A model generated the notes under the pieces. That model had not been told where the DNA came from, did no database searches, and saw only the letters and a program-made list of their open reading frames with translations. DNA of 64,000 nucleotides from assembly GCA_964016885.1 (NCBI GenBank), contig OZ024742.1, positions 350,300,001 to 350,364,000 of the forward strand, in the 5' to 3' direction. Positions 58,966 through 64,000 of the stretch are shown in pieces. The position numbers were made by a program, and so were the translations under genes. Each line of letters opens with the position of its first letter. Position 1 is the stretch's first letter. This DNA comes from Eledone cirrhosa (taxonomy: Eukaryota).

Positions 58966-59242
58966 CGTAAGTATATGGGTGTGTATGCGTGTGTGAGTGT
59001 GTGTAAAAAGAAGGTGGCGTAATGTAAAATTCGATATAATACCGTCTGAATTAATGATGTAGAAAATTGGTTCAATTCCCTGAGCTCGCATTTCAACTTG
59101 TGTAACGATCAAATCCGCCCTTCATATTCTCAAGTTCGTTAAGTATAATAGAAGTCAATAACAGGATATTTAGAACATCGGATGAAAGATTTGAGTCATG
59201 TTTGATGGTTCTGTGCTTTTAGGGATTAAATACTGTTTCATG

Positions 59243-59330
<88 letters not shown>

Positions 59331-59689
59331 CAATTTATAATTATGTATATAGTATAAACAACTATAAACAGGAAGGTCAGTAATTTCTTAATTACCTTAT
59401 TACCAGTAAGAGAAATAGCTCAATGTATGAACATCAGTTGTTTTACAGAGCAGTTAAATAAATAAATTATACAATTATCAAAGTTGTGTTCAAATCATTT
59501 AATAGCTGACAATCGTTTCTTCCAAATTCTCGTTTGGAATCATCGGAGCATTATCAATGTTTGCACATATAATTACCCTCCTATTCGACTGAACAATAAT
59601 ATATATACATATAAATTGATGTTGCGAGCAACAGTGTCGTATTTACAGGGTGGAATGGATGTGACATATATTTTACGGGAATTGTACAA

Positions 59690-59761
<72 letters not shown>

Positions 59762-60095
59762 AATATGTATGTATGTGTGTGTGTGTGTGTGTGTGTGATC
59801 GTGTGTGTGTGTTTATGCGTGGACCTGTAACTCCTGGGGGATTCGTAAGTGCGCTATATTGATATAGACATTTCCAGGTTAGTTTGTAAGCCTGTGGGAG
59901 CCTATCTCCCTTCGTGGTCTGGATATATGGATATAGCAGATTTCTTCCAGAGAAAGATAGAGTGAGAGAAATGAAGTTAGAAAGAGGTAAAAGCAGTGAG
60001 CCGGAACACATACCGCAAAGACCTCTGTCCGACGTTCTAACGACTCTACCAATTTGCAGCCTATATGTATGTATGATTGTATGTATGTATGTATA

Positions 60096-60193
60096 CAGGG
60101 TGTCCACAAAGTGTATACACATTTTGATTACCTGTACATGCAATATTTATTTGAATGCAGAGCTCGTGTGTGTACATCTTTTGGGGCACCCTT
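60096..60193. mobile_element. Tc1/mariner-type MITE
   Basis: TA|CAGGGTGTCCACAAAG ... CTTTTGGGGCACCCTT|TA imperfect TIRs. Confidence 0.65.
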
Positions 60194-60224
<31 letters not shown>

Positions 60225-60373
60225 ACTATATGTTGGTTGTTTACCGGCACCTCAATATGATTCCAGTTCCTCAGAGAAATAACAACACAACCAGGAGCTG
60301 GACATATCGGAGTATTGACGGAGTAAAGTACACTTCAACAACATGTGTACCTGTCTATCCCACACCAATTCGG

Positions 60374-60430
60374 ACTGCCTGAAGAGGTCACAGCCAATGA
60401 TGGCTGTCACCGAAATATATATATAGTAGT
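60374..60430 (+). ncRNA. Type I hammerhead ribozyme motif, family E
   Basis: ACTGC-CTGAAGA-GGTcACAGCCA atga TGGCTGTcACC-GAAA-tatatata-TA-GTAGT. Confidence 0.85.
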
Positions 60431-60483
60431 ATATCTATAATTTATAATAAACGAAGCCAAATTTTACATATTTGATGTAATAA

Positions 60484-60780
60484 TATAGAGAGTACTCAAC
60501 GTAGAGCAGCTCAACCGTCTTCGCTTGTGTAGTTGGTGGTGCGATTACGGAGTTAAATATTATAATAAAATAATAGGAAGCTGGACTGGTGTAAATCCTT
60601 GAAAGGTTTATTATACTATGATCATTTCAATGACCGGTTTCCGTATGAATCCGGTGATATCATCAGGTATTCGAAATATAATAAATACCTGCTGATATCA
60701 CCGGTCATTCAAATGATCATAGAATAATAAACCTTTAAAGGATTTACATACGTCCAGCATCCTGTTATTTTATAATAATA
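60484..60780. mobile_element. Family D fold-back element
   Basis: Imperfect palindrome ~60558-60780 with a left tail; the right arm has a deletion between two CCGG motifs. Confidence 0.75.
60613..60670 (-). ncRNA. Type I hammerhead ribozyme motif, family D
   Basis: Reverse complement ATAC-CTGATGA-tatcACCGG...CCGGTcatt-GAAA-TGATCA-TA-GTAT; palindromic stem III. Confidence 0.75.
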
Positions 60781-60782
60781 AT

Positions 60783-60819
<37 letters not shown>

Positions 60820-60850
60820 TCTTTGCTTAAACTTTAATCTGTTATTTTAA

Positions 60851-60892
<42 letters not shown>

Positions 60893-61367
60893 ATATATTA
60901 TAGTAATAATAATAAAATTGAAGACTAAAATCCAAAGAGGGCTCGATAAGGAAAATATATATCAAATATATAAGAACCGTAGAGCAAATATTTATTAAAA
61001 TAACAGATTAAAGTTTAAGCAAAGAATCGCTGCTTTCACCCTTAACGGGATCTTCTGAAACTAACAAAGTCAATCTGTAAACGCAGAACTGGATATTTCA
61101 AAAAACGTTGCAACCGGAGGAAGACAGGAAGACGATACTTTGGTTCGTGGTAACGTTCGCTGGCAAAGAACCGGAAAAACGAATAATACGTCATTAATAG
61201 GAGCGGTGAAAAACAATTACGCGCAAAGACAAAACCACGTTTATGGTATAAAAGAGGTCGTAGACTAATGTTCTCTTAGGTGGTGCATAGAGACGTTCTC
61301 TGGCAATGAACGAAAAAACGAAGATAATAAGTCATATGTGGAGCGTGGAGAACAATAGCACGCAAGT

Positions 61368-62558
61368 ATGGGCGCCATTGACTCTGCGGAGGTTACTGAT
61401 CTTATTGGCCTTTTCCTTCTTTTCTCTATCAAGGACGAATTCCCCAACGCGGGCGGTGGTTTGTACCGTGACGATGGTCTTTTGACCATGACTAAGTGCG
61501 GATCTCGTGCTTGCGACAGGTTCAGAAAAGAACTCACAGCCTTCTTTAAAGGCTTCAACCTCTCCATACAGGTTGAGGCCAATCTCTCGGTCGTTAATTA
61601 CCTCGACGTTACCCTCAATTTATTGAATGGGTTGTATTACCCGTATAGAAAGCCGAATGATACGCTTAATTACATAAGTAAGCATTCCAACCATCCTGCC
61701 AGCATAACCAAGAACCTGGTAAGAAACGTTTCGTTGAGGCTTTCCCGTCTTTCCACAAACGAGCGCATTTTCAACGACCATTCCACTTATTACAATGAAG
61801 CTCTTGCTCGAAGTGGATTTGTCGATAAGGTAGCATATACAGAGTACGAAAATAGACCTAGAAGATATAGATCCCGTCGCATTTGTTGGTTTAACCCACC
61901 ATATAATATGGAGGTGGTCACACCATTAGCTAAGATCTTTCTTTCCCTTATTACGAAGCATTTTCCCCCTACACATAAATATAGTAAAATTTTTAATAGA
62001 AATACTATTAAAATTTCTTACTCTACGACTCCTAACCTTGCACATAACATCACAGCTTCAAATTTAGCTAAACTACCTAGCCGTAGGAACACGTGCAACC
62101 CTGTAGGTAGTACTAACTGTAATTGTAGGAATCGGGCTGATTGCCCCCTATCCGGGAAATGCCTCTCTAGTAACATTGTCTACAAATGTAAGGTTGTAAC
62201 ACCCACGTCCCGTAGGGCCTACATAGGATTAACCGCCAATAGTTTCAAGCAGCGTCTTTACATGCATACCCATTCTTTTCGTTACCCTCTAAGAAGGAAT
62301 ATGACGTGACTTTCAGCTTATATCTGGAGTCTAAAAGACAACCACACCCAATATAAGTTACACTGGGAGATCCTAGCTAGGGCTAGATCGTATAACGGAA
62401 ATAAAAGACCATGTGACCTCTGCGCCGCTGAGGCCCTGGAAATACTCTACGCCACAGACCACATCTTAAACAAAAAATCTGAGGCAATTTCGGCTTGTAA
62501 ACATAAATTGCACAAAACTTTCCTGTATTACAGCCCCACGTTATACCCTAACGGATAG
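61368..62558 (+). pseudogene. Naiad-type PLE reverse transcriptase C-half plus GIY-YIG endonuclease
   Basis: GLYRDDGL, YLDVTL, SNHP, WFNPPY, CxCx5Cx5C (CNCRNRADCPLSGKC) and IVY..YIG; frame continues past TGA 62307-62309 as LSAYIWSLK..CDLC..E..LNKKSE..CKH to TAG 62556-62558. Confidence 0.93.
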
Positions 62559-63582
62559 CACGATCTATACGTGGATATTTTACGTCTTGATGTGGGAGCT
62601 AAGTATATGTTTTGTTTATTCCTTTACTTATTTGCATAGGTAAGTATATATTACCCGTATGTTTTGTGAAGGTATGTATACCTTCTCGTACGTATATTTG
62701 ACTGTTTATAGCGTATAATTTTTACATATTCTGGTATTTAGGGTTTGGCTATGTGTATACGGGAGTTTTGCGTCCGCGTGAGTGTGCAGGTTCGTACGTA
62801 TGGTGGGTGTGTGTATATGTGTACTTCTTGTTTTAGTTGAATTACGTCTCCGAACATTCGTGTATTTATATGTAGGTATGCGTGTGCGCTTGTTATATAC
62901 GTATTTATTTGCTTATATACGTTTATATAATTATTTATTTATTTGGACACAAGCATACACACACACACATATTTATATGTGCGTGGTTTTGTATGGTAAC
63001 GTTCGCTGGCAAAGAACGGGAAAAACGAATAATACGTCATTAATAGGAGCGGTGAAAAACAATTACGCGCAAAGACAAAACCACGTTTATGGTATAAAAG
63101 AGGTCGTAGACTAATGTTCTCTTAGGTGGTGCATAGAGACGTTCTCTGGCAATGAACGAAAAAACGAAGATAATAAGTCATATGTGGAGCGTGGAGAACA
63201 ATAGCACGCAAAGACAAAACCACGTAAATGGTATAGCAGAAATCGTAGACTAAAATTCTAACTAGGAGACCAAATGAATCTCCGCTACAGAGTTAAGAAC
63301 AAAGTAAAAACACATCTAATCTCAACATCCTGGACCGGACCGAACCTCTGGACTCTATCTCTCCCCACTTTACCCTGAAGGATCACAAATCCAATTTTCC
63401 GAACAACCCCTCTATTCGGCTTATTAACCCTACGAAGTCCGATTGAGGTAGACTTAGTAAAATGATTCTTGATAGAATTATACCTGAAATTAGAAGTTTG
63501 GCCCCTCTCGCACTGTGGAACAATTCTTTCGCGGTAACGTTTTTTGAAATATCCAGTTCTGCGTTTACAGATTGACTTTGTT

Positions 63583-63633
63583 AGTTTCAGAAGATCCCGT
63601 TAAGGGTGAAAGCAGCGATTCTTTGCTTAAACT
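63583..63633 (+). ncRNA. Hammerhead-like motif with variant CAGAAGA core
   Basis: AGTTT-CAGAAGA-tCCC gttaa GGGt-GAAA-GCA..TGC-TT-AAACT; the same core is on the minus strand at 35196-35246, 53935-53985 and 61012-61062. Confidence 0.6.
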
Positions 63634-63683
63634 TTAATCTGTTATTTTAATAAATATAATATATTATATATATATATTATATA

Positions 63684-63740
<57 letters not shown>

Positions 63741-64000
63741 ATATCATAACTGCCACTTTACAGAAGAGGGCCATCTCTTCAACGGACAGTATGATGACTA
63801 AACATGCTTTGCTTAGGTCACCTTATCGAGACCCTTATCTTGTCTAATGGGTGAGCAATGGATCACGCAAAACTGCTTAGACACTCACGTCACTGAAACA
63901 TTTGCTATTCATATTAACAGTCCATGACGTTAGGATAAGACTCGTGCTGCCAACATGTAGAGCTGTGACTATATGCTTCTAACCATTCGAGTCTGCACAC

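Larger units (their letters stand above)
60898..63655 (+). mobile_element. Rearranged Penelope-like element (family B) with inverted terminal segment
   Basis: Inverted 3' segment 60898-61365, ORF 61368-62558, UTR, re-inverted UTR 62994-63300, RT N-terminal piece 63310-63536, sense terminus 63537-63655. Confidence 0.88.

Noticed and set aside
62307-62309. In-frame TGA in a Naiad-type PLE as possible selenocysteine, as reported for some Naiads
   Set aside because: It falls in the T-x-LS.YIW motif rather than at a conserved Cys, the nearby Cys codons are normal, and I could not identify a SECIS. A nonsense mutation is simpler.
61148-63211. ~218-bp direct repeats flanking an RT ORF, suggesting an LTR retrotransposon
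   Set aside because: The RT is Penelope-type with GIY-YIG, there is no TG..CA, PBS or integrase, and the repeats are inverted UTR pieces.

Overview
AT-rich, microsatellite-dense eukaryotic DNA. The SINE and repeat complement suggests a cephalopod (Octopus-like) genome; this is inference. I see no intact host gene. Most listed ORFs are microsatellite artefacts. The window holds many transposable elements: four Helitron-family elements, Naiad-type Penelope-like elements (PLEs), three R4/Dong-type LINE pieces stacked in (TAA)n inside an RTE-like tail with a TSD, two CRE-type endonuclease fragments, a Chapaev3-like transposase fragment, many tRNA-derived SINEs, MITEs and a ~10 kb G-poor Thr-codon-like repeat block. 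The most notable signal is at least five sequence families of short elements that sit in (TA)n tracts and carry type I hammerhead-ribozyme (HHR) motifs. Many form asymmetric fold-back palindromes whose apex lies in or just 5' of the ribozyme. One family carries a non-canonical CAGAAGA core in four copies. Two candidate minus-strand host exons are also present. All structures were read by eye; none were folded or searched computationally.
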